A stretch of DNA of 63,882 nucleotides, the filler included, from Stramenopiles sp. TOSAG23-2 (lineage: Eukaryota): NCBI GenBank assembly GCA_900128395.1. It is 13 parts of 13 records of this genome, joined end to end, with 100 filler letters (N's around TTAATTAATTAA, not from the genome) between each part and the next. Parts side by side here need not be neighbours in the genome. Positions count along the whole stretch, not along the records: positions 34,521 to 39,334 come from LT650805.1; positions 39,435 to 44,248 come from LT650806.1; positions 44,349 to 49,160 come from LT650807.1; 10 more parts are not named here. One strand, given 5' to 3'. A program made the position numbers and the translations under genes. Positions 35,068-47,668 of this stretch are shown here, piece by piece. Under the pieces are notes generated by a model. It searched no databases, was not told where the DNA came from, and was given only the letters and a program-made list of their open reading frames with translations. Position 1 is the stretch's first letter, and each line of letters begins with the position of its first letter.

Positions 35068-38000
35068 ATGACTTGTTATTTTGTGTGTGTATATGTTTTT
35101 CTTATATTAATAACATTGTTGACAATACTCGTTAGAAATGTTTTGTCCACAAAAAATAATATTCACCATGATGTTGAAGATAGTAGCCCAATATTATCAT
35201 TACCTGTGTGGGACGGAATAAAAAGGACAGGGGCATTTAAACTTACCAGTAATATTGCTACTAGCAGAGCCATTGATATATATAGAAATCAAAAACTACG
35301 AATCTTTGGCATTGTCGACGATAATCATGTTAAACCTGCTATTGATGGGGGTGGTACACATCGCTTTTTTACCCTATATAATGGAGTTAAAGAATTACGA
35401 TTAACAAGTATAACATTAAGAAATGGATACAGTACTGGCAACGCAGAAACGGATATTACAGATGGTGGTGCATTTTATGTAACTTCTGGATCAACATTGA
35501 TATTAGTTAGCTGTACAATATCAAATAATGTGGCAAGTGGAAATGGTGGTGCCTTTTACATTTCCGATATATATAATTCAGTAAGAGTAACATTAATAAG
35601 CTGTATAGTATCAAATAATTTTGCTCATAAGAATGTAAGTAATGCTATAATTTAATTTACTTGTTGTTGCAATATATACACTTTTGCTGATCTAACAATG
35701 TGGTTCTCGTATAAAAATTCTTAATTTCATCTCAGGGTGGAGGATTATATATTTGGAATGGAGATATTAATATCATAAAAAGTCAATTTATTAATAATAC
35801 TGCTTTAGCACAAGGTCCGACCATCTATACATGGGTTCCTATAAATATCAGTTTAAATACGACATTTAATCCACCCAATTCAATATATGGAGATGGATAT
35901 AGTTCATTTGCAGAATGGAATGAAGGAAATAATGGTATCTTTCAGCTTTCTCAAGATGTTAAAATAAGCAAGACTATTACACTAGACACAAACCAGTTTC
36001 TCCCAATAAATTTACAAATTATTGGTATTGTTGATGACAATGGTGTCAAACCAGCTATTGATGGAGGCAACACTCCGGGCTGTATCGTTGCAGGTTGCAC
36101 TACTGGGAAAACACCAATACGTGTATTCAATTTACATTCATCGCATGGACCGTATTATTCTGTGCTGAATTTAACAAATGTGACCATACAAAATGGTTTC
36201 CAGGGTGGTTTTGGTAATTCAGGTGCTGGGATAAATAATAATGGGGGACTAGTAATATTAGTTGATTGCAACTTATTAAATAATACAGCTGAGCGTGGTT
36301 ATGGTAGTAATGGTGGTGGTATTACCTCAGGTAATGGGGGACGCATAAGATTGCAACGCTGTACATTTTTTAATAATTTTGCTGAACAGAATGTATGTAA
36401 TCATATATATGCATCTTTTATGCATTGAAACAACTTAATCACATAGACTAAGTAACTAACAACATGCTATATATATATATCTGTCATAGGGTGGTGGAAT
36501 ATTTATTAGGTCGGGATATGCTCAGATTATATCGTGTGTTTTTTTAAACAATACTGCTCTTCATGGTCCAAACATTAACACCTTTCCACATATTTCCATT
36601 ATAAACACAACGTTCCTGCCACACAAATCGATAGTTGGACGAGTAGAACAATGTCAAGCAGGGATGTGCAAAATAGCAATGCCAGCACTACCAGCTTTTG
36701 GTATTGGTTGCAAAACTAAATTCAGTGAGATACCAGGGACTTCAGAAATGTGCCATGATAGAACATGTATTGAAGGCATTATATGCTTTCCATGCCACCC
36801 TGGTAAATATCTTGAAGCAGATTCAACCTATGCATCATGTCAATCATGTGACTCTGGGAAAGCTACCGAAGCATTTGGTAGTAAATCATGCAAAAATTGT
36901 AAATCAGGCCAATATGCTGTTGAAGCTGGAATTTCAAATTGCTTTCCCATGCCTAAGATCACTAAAGTATACCCTAGTATAAGTAAATTAAATCTGATTG
37001 CTGAATGGAGTTTTTCTTTAGGCGATAAAAGTAAATATGGAGCATTGTTTATTGTAATAGAGCCAATTGATAGCCTAACTACAAAAGTTATTACTAGTGC
37101 AGTTGTAAAAATATCTGTTCGTGGTCACTTAAGTAAAGCTACAACAGGCAAGTTGCCTCGCAGCATTACAGATCGAGTGTATCATCTACGGATATATTTA
37201 AAGGATTCACTGAATAAAACAATTAGTGAGGGCATTCAGTATAGATTACCATGGAATACAACAGAATCATGCAGGGATGGAAATTTTTATTTAAATGCAA
37301 CTGATTTACATATGACAAAATGGCCTTGTGAAAGGTGCCCACAAGGTGCTTCGTGTCATGGTGCAATCACCTGGTCGGGTGTGAAGCCAAAGTTTGGTTA
37401 TTGGCAAGGTATGCATACTGGGGACAATACGTTTTATCCATGTTTATCTCCATCTTCCTGCTTAGGTGCGCCAAACAATGCATTGATACCTCTTTTTGGA
37501 GATAAATTAGCCAATAATATCAATGGTACCTTTGGATGTGCGCCGAATTTTACAGGTCGTTTATGCGCAACATGTCAAACGCATTATGCTCGAAGTTCGG
37601 GCCCTGGTTCATGTGCAAAATGCAGTGAACCAGCCAATATACTTATTTTGATTCTCGCTATAGTTTTTGCGGTGTTTGGTACATGTGTTTTGATACGTGT
37701 AACAGTGTTTAAACCCCGTGAAATTCGGTTTTCCGATGGCGTAAAGAAAATTGTGTTATCGTATTTACAATTAGCATCGTTAGCTGCAAATACAAATGTA
37801 CCGTGGACATCATTATTTCAAAGCTTATTTTCTATACAAGAAATGTCTACCAGTATAGCAGATGCTATGCTTAATTTAGATTGCGTATTATATAATATGA
37901 AGACGTGGGATGTTTTTGTTTTAAAATTGATTGGGGTATTATTAATACCTATACTGGTTATTCCATTTGCATATTTCGGTATACTTCAATGTAGAAAAAA

Positions 38001-39018
38001 GTTAAAAATCAGTGGCGATGGTAATGGTCAAGATCAATTTATTGCAAGTTTGGTGTTGTTATGGTATTTGGCCTTTCCATCCATTGTAAAAAAAATGACA
38101 ACACTCATTACTTGTACTATACCCATAAACAATATTAAATATGTTGAAATAGATCCCCGCATAAAATGTTTTAATGGTGAACATTTAACAATTGTCTATT
38201 CCATTGGAATCATAGGTTTAGTTTTGTACATAATTGGACTTCCGTTGGTAAGCTTCCTCATTTTAAGACATGTTGATCGTTCCAAAGAAAGCTCGCGTTT
38301 ACGGTATGGTATTTTATATGATGGGTATTCAGAAAAATACTGGTATTGGGAAATTGTTGTGGTATTGCGTAAAGTTGCAATTATTTTAATTAGTGGTTTT
38401 ATGGAAGGCCAAGAACAAATATTAAGCATGCTGCTTGTGTTATTTATTGTAATTTATATGACAGCAATTTCCCAACCATTCACAAACATACAGTTATTAC
38501 ACTTAGAACTTGCATCTCTTGCAACATGTTTCATAACATTTTGGATCGGTAGTATATTTTTAATAGAAGGTTCAAAATGCCATGATGGCACATACACAGC
38601 GTGGCAACTGATGATACGATGCCAGTTAGGTGCTTTGTTTGTTATTGCGTTGAACATTGGTGCATGCTTCTACTTGGCACAATTATATTTAAGGGTGAAG
38701 ATAGGAGAGAAGAAAGATTTTATAGCGAAAGTTAGTAGCTCAAGAATATTTTATTATTGCAGATGCTGTTTTCGATCAGAAATTAAAGATATGATAGTTA
38801 AAAAGGAAAAAGAAGATAAAAAGAAATTAAAACAAAGAAGTACCAAACGAAATTCATGGAACATGACTAGCGTTGATGAGTTAGAACAAGCTAAAAAATT
38901 CAAGAAATCTGCTGCACTTACTTCGATGAAAAAAGTCAACAAAACCCAGGCGCCAAAATCTGTGTTAAACCCAGCCAGGCAGTCCGTCGTTAATTCAAAA
39001 CTGAGAAACAACTTGTAA
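35068..39018 (+). CDS. Beta-helix/Cys-rich/multi-TM surface protein, 1250 aa; exons 35068-35634, 35736-36392, 36490-39018
   Basis: Two phase-0 GT-AG introns with CTAAC branch points join three ORFs in frame without stops. Signal anchor present. Shares SDG.KKI..S.LQLA.LA...N.PW and R.G.LYDG motifs with 559-4770. Confidence 0.88.
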
Positions 39019-39504
39019 ATAAGTAGAAAAATGTGTATAAAATATAATAAAATACGTTTATATAAACAAATACCATTAATAAATAAATAGTGTTAATTTT
39101 ATTTTTTAATTTACTATGATACTCATGATAATTCCTACTCTTCAAAAGAATACAATAACTGAGACACAATAATATCTATATATGTACATATATAATATAA
39201 TATTAAAAATTATTATTAGTACGTACGACTTCGCGGTATTTTTGTTTACAATTTACTTTCTTTTTTAATATAATCCTCACGAAATTTTTGATAGTCCTCT
39301 TTGTAATCATCATGCCATCTAGATAATGGTGGACNNNNNNNNNNNNNNNNNNNNNNNNNNNNNNNNNNNNNNNNNNNNTTAATTAATTAANNNNNNNNNN
39401 NNNNNNNNNNNNNNNNNNNNNNNNNNNNNNNNNNTTATTTCCTTTACTAACTTCTTTTATTAAAACCCCTACACATCAGGGCAGGGAATTATTATTATTA
39501 GAAA

Positions 39505-39695
39505 AGAATGCTGGAATGAATGCTGGAATAACGAGTAGGAGTGAGTAGGAGTGCCAGGAGTGCTGGAGTGCTGGCCAGGGCTGGTGTGCCACACAACAAC
39601 TGGCCATCTGGCCATCTGGCCATCCAGCCAGTCAGAATACTGGCAAGGAAAATCTCTGGTGTCCAGAGTACAGCCAGCCATCTGGCCATCCAGAA
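39505..39695. repeat. Degenerate 8-bp simple repeats (GGAATGCT/GGAGTGCT and TGGCCATC)
   Basis: Direct reading; reverse-complement relative of 54171-54320. Confidence 0.7.
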
Positions 39696-39814
39696 GCGTA
39701 AGTTTTTACCTTTTACCTGCTTGTTTAATTGATTAGCATAGAAATTGGGCTAAGAATGCTCTCGTAGTGTTATTTACTTGCTATTTTTTAAGAAAAAAAA
39801 TTTATGTTATGTTT

Positions 39815-42800
39815 TTAATAATTTCGACCACGCCGCCGGTTACCTCTACTACTTCTTTTCTTTGAAGGTACAACTGCACCTTGTGCATCCATTTTAGCAA
39901 TCATTGCATTGGCATCTTCTTCACCAAATTCTTCTTTCAATTTAGCGATTTCAGCATCTCGAATAGATTTTCTAGTAGCAGCTGCATGTTCCATAATTTC
40001 TTTTTGCCTTTGTGAAACTAGTTCTTTCATTCTTGATTCGTGGTTTCTAATTGCTAGTTCATCTGCTGTGCTGGATACATTTCTATAATGTTGTCGAAGC
40101 CTATCAAAGCGCTCTCTTTCTTCCATTAAAATACGATCATCTGTTTCCCGTAGAACCTTATTAAATGCTGCTTTTTCTCTCAATTCTTGCTCTTTAAATA
40201 AAAGCTCAAGCTCTGCTTTGCGATCTTCAATTCTTTCATTATCAATATTCTTTAATATATCTTGTAATTTCTTTTCCTCCTCTTGTATATCTGCACCTTC
40301 GTCTAACTTACGATGCATAATTTGTTCCTCAAACTCCCGTTTACGTTGTAAAGATTCTAATTGCCTTAAACGTTCTTCCCTCATTTCTTTTTCTTGTTGC
40401 ATTCGTGATTCAGCTGCATCTACCAACATGGCACGTTTCGATTGCTGCTCCTCACGCCAACGTTTTAATTCCATTGCCATGATTTTCTGTTCCCTTTCCT
40501 CTTCTTCTAACAATATTCTTTGCCGTCTTTTCTTTTGTTCAATTTCCTCTTCTGCTGACATTTGACCTTCTAACCTAGCTTCTCTCAATTTACGCTCGCG
40601 GTCTGATTCCGCAAGTTTTGCTTCGTACTCTATCTCCGCCACAGTTTGCTTTGTCATCAATTCTCGTCTTACTTTTTCCACTTCCAACTCTGCTGCTTTT
40701 TTTTGTAGTTCCTCCGTACGAGCTTTAATGAGCGCCGCGCGCCTTTCATCTTCTAATTTCATTTCACGCATAGCCCGCTGATGTTGCAACAGTGCCTGCT
40801 TTTGCATCGCTTCATATTCAGCTTGTAAAGCTTCCATATCATCGTCGGTTTTTCTTTTTGCTTGAATTTCTTGGACTTGTTGCATTGATTGGAATTCAAG
40901 AGACAGAAGTTCTTCCTCCTTTGCGCGTTCCTTTAAGGCTTGTTCTTGCTCCTCCATTCTTACTTTTTGCTCTAATTCTGTCTTTTGCTTTTGTATTTCA
41001 ATCGCTTTCTTTTGATATTCTAATGCTCTTGCTGCAGATTCTTGTAAAAAGGCCACTTGCTCCAAGCGCCTTTCCTCTGCTAATCGTGCTAAACGTTGAC
41101 GCTCTTTTGCACGATCTTGCGATTCACTTGCCATTTTTTGCACACGAGCTTCCTCACTTCTTAAATATTCAGCTTGTTGAATTTGCCAATCGCTTTCTCT
41201 ACGACTCAAATCAGCTGCGCGGCGTTGTAAGTCCTGTAAATTGCTTCTTTTCTTTTTGATAGTAGCTTCCTCATCTTCAATCCTTTGCCTTTCTTGCAAT
41301 TGATAATTCACTACATATTTAGGATACCTATCAAAAATTGGATAGTGTCCTGTTCCGATTGGAAAATTCATTGCACTTGCTTCTGTTTTAGTTGGAATCA
41401 ACTCATTTGGTGTATTAGCACGTAAGCGATACATGCTGCGAATTAATCCATCCATACTAACTGGGTTTTGTCGTTGTAAAAATGCTTCGATTTCCTCATT
41501 TGATCCTGCACCAATAATAGCAGAACGAAATTGTTTTAAATATGCAACAATTGCAATTGGAAATAGGCTTGATTCATCGCTGTGAGATAATATATGATCA
41601 AACAAATGCAACCACTCATCACGACTGAGCACTTCAGTGAACAAAGTTCGCATGATTCTCCATGCGTAAACTCTTGCATCAATGCCGCGGGCTACTAAAT
41701 TGTCCAACAATGGTTTGTCGTGATGTGCTAAAAGCCTTTCAACATGTGTCAAAACTGGTATAGGAGGATGTGGAAACGTTTCAAACCAACCATCGCACCA
41801 ATTCAACACAAACGCCATAATTGTTTCAAATGCACCCAACGCTTCAGATTCAAACAATTTAACAAATGGAAATGCCATTGATGGCAAATATGATAAATTG
41901 GAAAAGACTGGAGACCAATGTGCTAGGCCAGATAGCAATTTTTGCAATTTTCTCATAACCCGTTGGTTGTTAATTGGGTAATCTTTTGCTAAATTTGCGT
42001 AGTTTGGATGTATACCACGCCTCATCAATTGCGCAAATGCATCTTCGTTACGTGGTAATTGCAATAAGTATCCCCATATCAATAAACGATATTTTTCTGG
42101 ATATTGACCGTAGGAACGCAACAATGCTAATAATCTTGGTCGACTAAGACGCTTGAAAATTTTACCTTGATCAACTGTACGTGGTTGGCGTTGAGCTTTT
42201 TTCTTTCGTAAAATCTTTTTCTTCTTTGCTGCAACTAAAGCTTGGCGATCATCCGCAGTATTTTTTCCAAATGCCTCATTGATAATAGCGGAAGATGGTT
42301 GTGCATCGACTTGTTTCGGTTGTTCCATCTCATCTGCCATCTCCAATGCTGCAGATGATGCAAGTATTTGACTTTCCATGGTTGATGCCGGTTGTACTTC
42401 AATACCATTGTTCTGTTTTTCTTCTGTTGCCTTGACTATAGCACTTGATTCGTCTTCATCTTCTTCTTTATTTGCAGCAGAAAAATCAGGTCTCGGTCCA
42501 GCTGGAACTTGAACAATACTTGGTGGATCAACTTCCGGTACGACTGGTTTACCATCGCTAGGATCGTACATTGGATAATTCACATCAAGTTCCTCTTCCG
42601 TGGCACCCATTCGTAAACTGGCATCACGAACTTTGTCGTTAAATTTTTTTGCTACATGTATGTCATACAATGCAACACTACCGTTGCTTAAGCAACATGC
42701 GCAATATTTTGCATTTTCATCCATAGAAAAGGAAACAATGGCCATTTTTTTACGTGCAAATTCCATATCTAACCTGGCATCATTATTATTTTCCCCTGCA

Positions 42801-43723
42801 ACTACTTTTAAAAATAACATACGTCCATCGTCCCCTAGTACACCAACGCTTCTAGAATCTGGCATAAAATGTACTTTATGTACCACACCAATGGTCATGG
42901 GCAATTCGATTGCGCTGACAAGACGTTTGCTTTGCACGTTCCACATGTACATATCCCGTGATTTACCACCTGCAATTAATAATTTACCACTTGGTGATAA
43001 GCTAATAGTTTGTATGGTAAACGGACGGTCCGTTTTTGGAACATCATATTTTCCTTGAATAGCGTATGATCCAGTGCTCCAAGACACAATTGTATCATCT
43101 TTAAATGCAACCATTAGCGACGTTCCCCTATCAGCAAATGTTGCAGATACAATACCAGAGCCAGCGCCAAGTGTTTTTATTTTCGACCATTTTTTTAAAT
43201 CCCATATGTTAATACCATCAACAGAAGCTGTTACCATAATAGCGTTGCTACTATGAAATGATATGGAAGTAACGGCTTGTTTATGAGCATTTGCCAACGT
43301 TGCTAATAATCGTTGTGAATCGATATCAAAGATGTATACTGTGCCATCTCGTGTGCCGCATGCAAGTTCATTTTTGCGCAACGGGGAAAATGCCATGGAT
43401 GTTATAGGGCAACCTAAATTCTTTAATTGGACATATCGATTTTTAGTTAAACGAAATAAAGCAACGTTACCTCTTGCATCCCCAGTTGCCATTGCGTCTC
43501 CACGTTGGTTAAACTGTACGAAAGATAATTTAACTGGTGGCTTTACAACGTCCGTTATATTTGCTCTTGCAACATTTTCATTGGTGTTTTTATCCAAATT
43601 GCTCTTTTTAATACTAGGCTTTGAATTTTGCAAAATTGATACAACACCAGAAGCTGTTACAGTAGGTTTGGAAGGCCATATACGACCTTGTCTTTCATTT
43701 AATTCTACAGTATTTACTGGCAT
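39815..43723 (-). CDS. TBC1D31: TBC1 domain family member 31 (WD40 + TBC + coiled coil)
   Basis: N-terminal WD40 repeats; YGQYPEKYRLLIWGYLLQLPRN, LAHWSPVF, YLPSMAFPFVKLF and WCDGWFETFPHPP; long C-terminal coiled coil. Confidence 0.9.
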   Translation of the reverse strand: MPVNTVELNERQGRIWPSKPTVTASGVVSILQNSKPSIKKSNLDKNTNENVARANITDVVKPPVKLSFVQFNQRGDAMATGDARGNVALFRLTKNRYVQLKNLGCPITSMAFSPLRKNELACGTRDGTVYIFDIDSQRLLATLANAHKQAVTSISFHSSNAIMVTASVDGINIWDLKKWSKIKTLGAGSGIVSATFADRGTSLMVAFKDDTIVSWSTGSYAIQGKYDVPKTDRPFTIQTISLSPSGKLLIAGGKSRDMYMWNVQSKRLVSAIELPMTIGVVHKVHFMPDSRSVGVLGDDGRMLFLKVVAGENNNDARLDMEFARKKMAIVSFSMDENAKYCACCLSNGSVALYDIHVAKKFNDKVRDASLRMGATEEELDVNYPMYDPSDGKPVVPEVDPPSIVQVPAGPRPDFSAANKEEDEDESSAIVKATEEKQNNGIEVQPASTMESQILASSAALEMADEMEQPKQVDAQPSSAIINEAFGKNTADDRQALVAAKKKKILRKKKAQRQPRTVDQGKIFKRLSRPRLLALLRSYGQYPEKYRLLIWGYLLQLPRNEDAFAQLMRRGIHPNYANLAKDYPINNQRVMRKLQKLLSGLAHWSPVFSNLSYLPSMAFPFVKLFESEALGAFETIMAFVLNWCDGWFETFPHPPIPVLTHVERLLAHHDKPLLDNLVARGIDARVYAWRIMRTLFTEVLSRDEWLHLFDHILSHSDESSLFPIAIVAYLKQFRSAIIGAGSNEEIEAFLQRQNPVSMDGLIRSMYRLRANTPNELIPTKTEASAMNFPIGTGHYPIFDRYPKYVVNYQLQERQRIEDEEATIKKKRSNLQDLQRRAADLSRRESDWQIQQAEYLRSEEARVQKMASESQDRAKERQRLARLAEERRLEQVAFLQESAARALEYQKKAIEIQKQKTELEQKVRMEEQEQALKERAKEEELLSLEFQSMQQVQEIQAKRKTDDDMEALQAEYEAMQKQALLQHQRAMREMKLEDERRAALIKARTEELQKKAAELEVEKVRRELMTKQTVAEIEYEAKLAESDRERKLREARLEGQMSAEEEIEQKKRRQRILLEEEEREQKIMAMELKRWREEQQSKRAMLVDAAESRMQQEKEMREERLRQLESLQRKREFEEQIMHRKLDEGADIQEEEKKLQDILKNIDNERIEDRKAELELLFKEQELREKAAFNKVLRETDDRILMEERERFDRLRQHYRNVSSTADELAIRNHESRMKELVSQRQKEIMEHAAATRKSIRDAEIAKLKEEFGEEDANAMIAKMDAQGAVVPSKKRSSRGNRRRGRNY

Positions 43724-44350
43724 CTTTTAATTTGTATATACTATATTTACTTTTTCCTAGATAATCTAATTTATTGTATCTAACATTAAATTATTATATA
43801 TATATATATATGATGAAGATGGTAATATTATCTATTAAAAAAATATAAATTGTTTAATGTATTATAATATATGTACATCTATATGTCTCTATCTGTACAT
43901 TGATGTACTATATAAATTTTCACTTTACAAATATAGATCTATGATACTTAAGCTAACAACCCAATTCAAAAAAAATAAAATAGTATTTATAACTGTAAAA
44001 AAGAAGGCGTTTAGCTTGTGTACTGTACCTGGTGGTATACGAGGAGCTGCTACATAATTAATAGACACTAGACACACTGACACACTAACACGATGACAAT
44101 AACATAGAGCTAGAGCTAGCTGGGCTATCGATATATAGCTCTAGCCAGGATAGCCAAATTAAGGTTTATTTTTTCAATTTTTTTGTCATCCGCGACGCAG
44201 TTTAGAAAGTCCCGACGGCAAAAAAGTCTCAAATTTTGCCATGCTCCGNNNNNNNNNNNNNNNNNNNNNNNNNNNNNNNNNNNNNNNNNNNNTTAATTAA
44301 TTAANNNNNNNNNNNNNNNNNNNNNNNNNNNNNNNNNNNNNNNNNNNNCC

Positions 44351-45982
44351 TCCATATATCCACAATTACCCCAAGCGATTCCAATATCACCAGTTGGAAC
44401 ACCTCCATCACAAAAGAAACAAAATAGAAAAAATCGCCAAAATAAATTACAAATCGATAACAATGACGAATTTAATACTTATTATCATGATGGAGAAGAA
44501 GTAAGAAGAGATATAACACCATTACCAAAAATTAAGCAACCAAAAAGTTCACGTGTGAACACAGCACGTAGCGATTATAGTTCATTATTGGATGATTTAT
44601 TGTCATTTGGTGATGATTTCAATAATAATAATAGTAATAATACTGAAAGTAGCAGCCCTATTCGCGATGAAGATTCAACAAACAAATCTTCCCCTGCAAA
44701 AATGATTGATTTTGAAAAAGGATATGAAGAATTTATGAAAAAAGATAGACTGAAACAGCAGAAAAAAGCTTCCCCGGTACATGGACATTCATCATTAAAA
44801 CTTGCATTGAGTGGTAGATATACTGATGGTACGCCTATTTCATCTAGCGATGATGATGAAGATAATGATGCTACTAATAGTTTGAATAAGCGACAACGTC
44901 GTAAAAAGGAACGAGAAGAGCCAGAAGAAGCACCAGCATTTTTATTGCTAGAATCTTGTTGGAATAAAATTGATAAGGCTAGAACACAATCTAGAAAATT
45001 AAGATATGATACAATACATACAGCTCGTTCCAATTATGATTTACGACCGGAAGAAAGATATGAATATAGCAGTAATACCGACCATGATTATGATGGTATA
45101 AGCACTACTACTGGTGAATATAATAATGATACATTCTATTTTAAAGATGTTAGTATGGAAAGTACTATTAAAGATGAGGCAAAAGCAACTGCTATTTTCC
45201 AAGATTTTAATAATGATGTTGATAAATGGAAATTGAAATACCCAACAGGAACTAGTACAAGAGAGGAACAATCACGTTATGCATCTTATTTATCTGAACA
45301 TTATCTGGCATCTAGACTAGACCCACTTGCTGGGACGACGGAGGTTCGGCGAATTAGACGTGAAATTGCTAAACGAATTCAATTAATTGAAAATTATGGC
45401 GATGATACTGTTGCAGTTGTCTCACCACTAGGAATTAGAAACAACCAATATGGTGTTGGGAATAGCAGCAGCAACAACAATAACAGCAACAACACGAAAA
45501 TAAATATTGATGAAAATGCTGGTACATCTGTAATGGAAGATATGACAAATACGGTGCAACAACAAGAATCAAAAGATTTAAAACCATGGAGATGTAAAAT
45601 ATGTACAAAAAGCAATAAACATGATTGTTTAAAATGTATCATATGTGGTAGGGAAAAAACTGCTGATGCGATCAAGACAAGGGCATTTATAAAAGCTGTT
45701 CCAAAACACTCAGTGGCAGATCGAAAAGGTAAAGCAGTTTTAAATGCAATGTCATCGTCCAATGATGTCGGTTCGTATTATTCTGAACGTAAATATATTC
45801 GCCAAATACCAACTGTAAATAATAAAAAGGGTGTCAACGATAATGATCCTAAAACTGGTGGTAACAAAAAAGGAAAGAAACCACCAGCTACATGGGGTGG
45901 ACGTCATTCCGCATCGTTAACATCATTACCCGAACATAGTGTGAAAAGTGTTGGTATTGGAAGACCTATTGGTCATCTGTGA
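44351..45982 (+). CDS. 5'-partial protein with a RanBP2-type zinc finger
   Basis: WRCKICTKSNKHDCLKCIICG; frame is open back to the contig edge. Confidence 0.75.
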   Translation, partial: SIYPQLPQAIPISPVGTPPSQKKQNRKNRQNKLQIDNNDEFNTYYHDGEEVRRDITPLPKIKQPKSSRVNTARSDYSSLLDDLLSFGDDFNNNNSNNTESSSPIRDEDSTNKSSPAKMIDFEKGYEEFMKKDRLKQQKKASPVHGHSSLKLALSGRYTDGTPISSSDDDEDNDATNSLNKRQRRKKEREEPEEAPAFLLLESCWNKIDKARTQSRKLRYDTIHTARSNYDLRPEERYEYSSNTDHDYDGISTTTGEYNNDTFYFKDVSMESTIKDEAKATAIFQDFNNDVDKWKLKYPTGTSTREEQSRYASYLSEHYLASRLDPLAGTTEVRRIRREIAKRIQLIENYGDDTVAVVSPLGIRNNQYGVGNSSSNNNNSNNTKINIDENAGTSVMEDMTNTVQQQESKDLKPWRCKICTKSNKHDCLKCIICGREKTADAIKTRAFIKAVPKHSVADRKGKAVLNAMSSSNDVGSYYSERKYIRQIPTVNNKKGVNDNDPKTGGNKKGKKPPATWGGRHSASLTSLPEHSVKSVGIGRPIGHL

Positions 45983-46214
45983 AAGAAAAAAGGAAATAAT
46001 ATGAATTTGTTCGCTGTTCGCAAATATTAAAATAAGAGAGTTATATCATTATGATAAAATAAAAATATATATATACTGGTTCGTAAAAATAATAAATTAT
46101 AGACCACATATATTGTCGAAACAAATGCAAAAATGCAAAAATGCAAAAGTTCCTTCTCTCTAAATTAAAGTATACACACACATGTTACTTGTTACTTCGT
46201 ATATATTTTTCTTA

Positions 46215-47528
46215 TTATATTTTTCTTATTTTTATCACATCACACTGTGTGTTGTGTTGTTGTTGCTGTTGCTGCTGCTGCTGCTGCATTTTAAATTGTT
46301 TTAATTCTAATAATTGTTGTTGTTTGTGTTTTTGTTCTTCTTTTAAACGATCTCTTTTCTCTTTTAAATTTTGTACATTTTTCTTCTTCTCTTGCTGTTC
46401 ATTTTTTTGTCTTTGTGTTTCACTATATAAATTTCCTAATCGATTGAATAAATTATCTAAATTTGATCCTTCTTTTAATTGTGGCCCACCATTTTGTTGC
46501 AATGTCATTTGTTGTTGGTGTTGCTGCTGCTGACGTTGTTGTTCTTGCATTGCATATGTTTTTGCTGCTTCTTCCATATCTCCAGCAGTACCATGAAAAT
46601 CTGCAAAAAATTCGTTTGAATTATTACTTTGCTTTTGTTGTTCCATAAATTCATCCATTTCCTTTCGTCGTTTATTTGCTTTCTCTATAAAATGTTTATT
46701 ATCATTTTCCCACGTTTCCGTCTCCTTTGCAACATATTTTGCTTTCTCTCCATTGCGTGCAGCACTTTTCACTGTAGATTTGACATCTGCTTTGCTTGAT
46801 TTTCGACTTACTAATAATACTAATTTTTTCGCAGAACCTACTAAATGAGAATCTACCTTTTTCTGCTGTGCATTGACTATACATTGACGTAAACGTTTTA
46901 ATGCTAAACCACTCATATTCATACCAAGTCTACGATTCATTGCATCGACAAGGTCTTTTCTTGCTTGTTCTTTTTCTTTTTCAGGATGTAATGGCTTTGC
47001 ATTTTTTTCTTCAGCATTATTCTTATTGTTATTTGTTGCATCGGTTAATAAACCAGGTGGCGATGAAGAAGACGACGAGGATGAAGAAGTTATCATGTTA
47101 TTATTTGATTTTGTTTTTGGTGGTGATTTTGTTACAATAGCTAATTCTTTTTCAAATTTTTCAAAATTATTATTTATAAGTTGTTGTTTGTTTGGTTTCT
47201 TTTTATTTGCAATTTGTTGTTGTAAAGATTTCGCTGGTCCACGCTGTCGTTGTTGTTGTTGCTGATGAATCATTTGTTTTTGTTGCTGCATCATACGTAG
47301 TTGTGCCATTTGTTGTTGTTGTTGTTGTTGTTTTTGTAATAATAATTGTTGTTGATTATTTGATACTTGTTGTTTTTGTATTTGAATTGTTGGTGGTGGA
47401 CCTTGCCCACCACCTTGAACCCATGCTAAAAATGACATATCCATAGGTGTACGTTGACGTGGATCTTTCATTGATATTTGTTGTAAAATGGCACCAATAT
47501 CCATTTGTGGTGGCGTTGGTTGCTGCAT
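46215..47528 (-). CDS. Gln-rich low-complexity hypothetical protein
   Basis: 437-aa ATG ORF with poly-Q/N tracts like those of other genes in this window. Confidence 0.65.
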   Translation of the reverse strand: MQQPTPPQMDIGAILQQISMKDPRQRTPMDMSFLAWVQGGGQGPPPTIQIQKQQVSNNQQQLLLQKQQQQQQQMAQLRMMQQQKQMIHQQQQQRQRGPAKSLQQQIANKKKPNKQQLINNNFEKFEKELAIVTKSPPKTKSNNNMITSSSSSSSSSPPGLLTDATNNNKNNAEEKNAKPLHPEKEKEQARKDLVDAMNRRLGMNMSGLALKRLRQCIVNAQQKKVDSHLVGSAKKLVLLVSRKSSKADVKSTVKSAARNGEKAKYVAKETETWENDNKHFIEKANKRRKEMDEFMEQQKQSNNSNEFFADFHGTAGDMEEAAKTYAMQEQQRQQQQHQQQMTLQQNGGPQLKEGSNLDNLFNRLGNLYSETQRQKNEQQEKKKNVQNLKEKRDRLKEEQKHKQQQLLELKQFKMQQQQQQQQQQHNTQCDVIKIRKI

Positions 47529-47668
47529 TATTTTTTAATGCGTACGTGTACTATATATGGTATACTATATTTTTCTTTTCAAAAATGAATAATAAATGAA
47601 TTAAGCCCCATCATCCTCACATCTTCTCCCACATCAATATGAGTAGGTATATATATATTTATTTCAAT

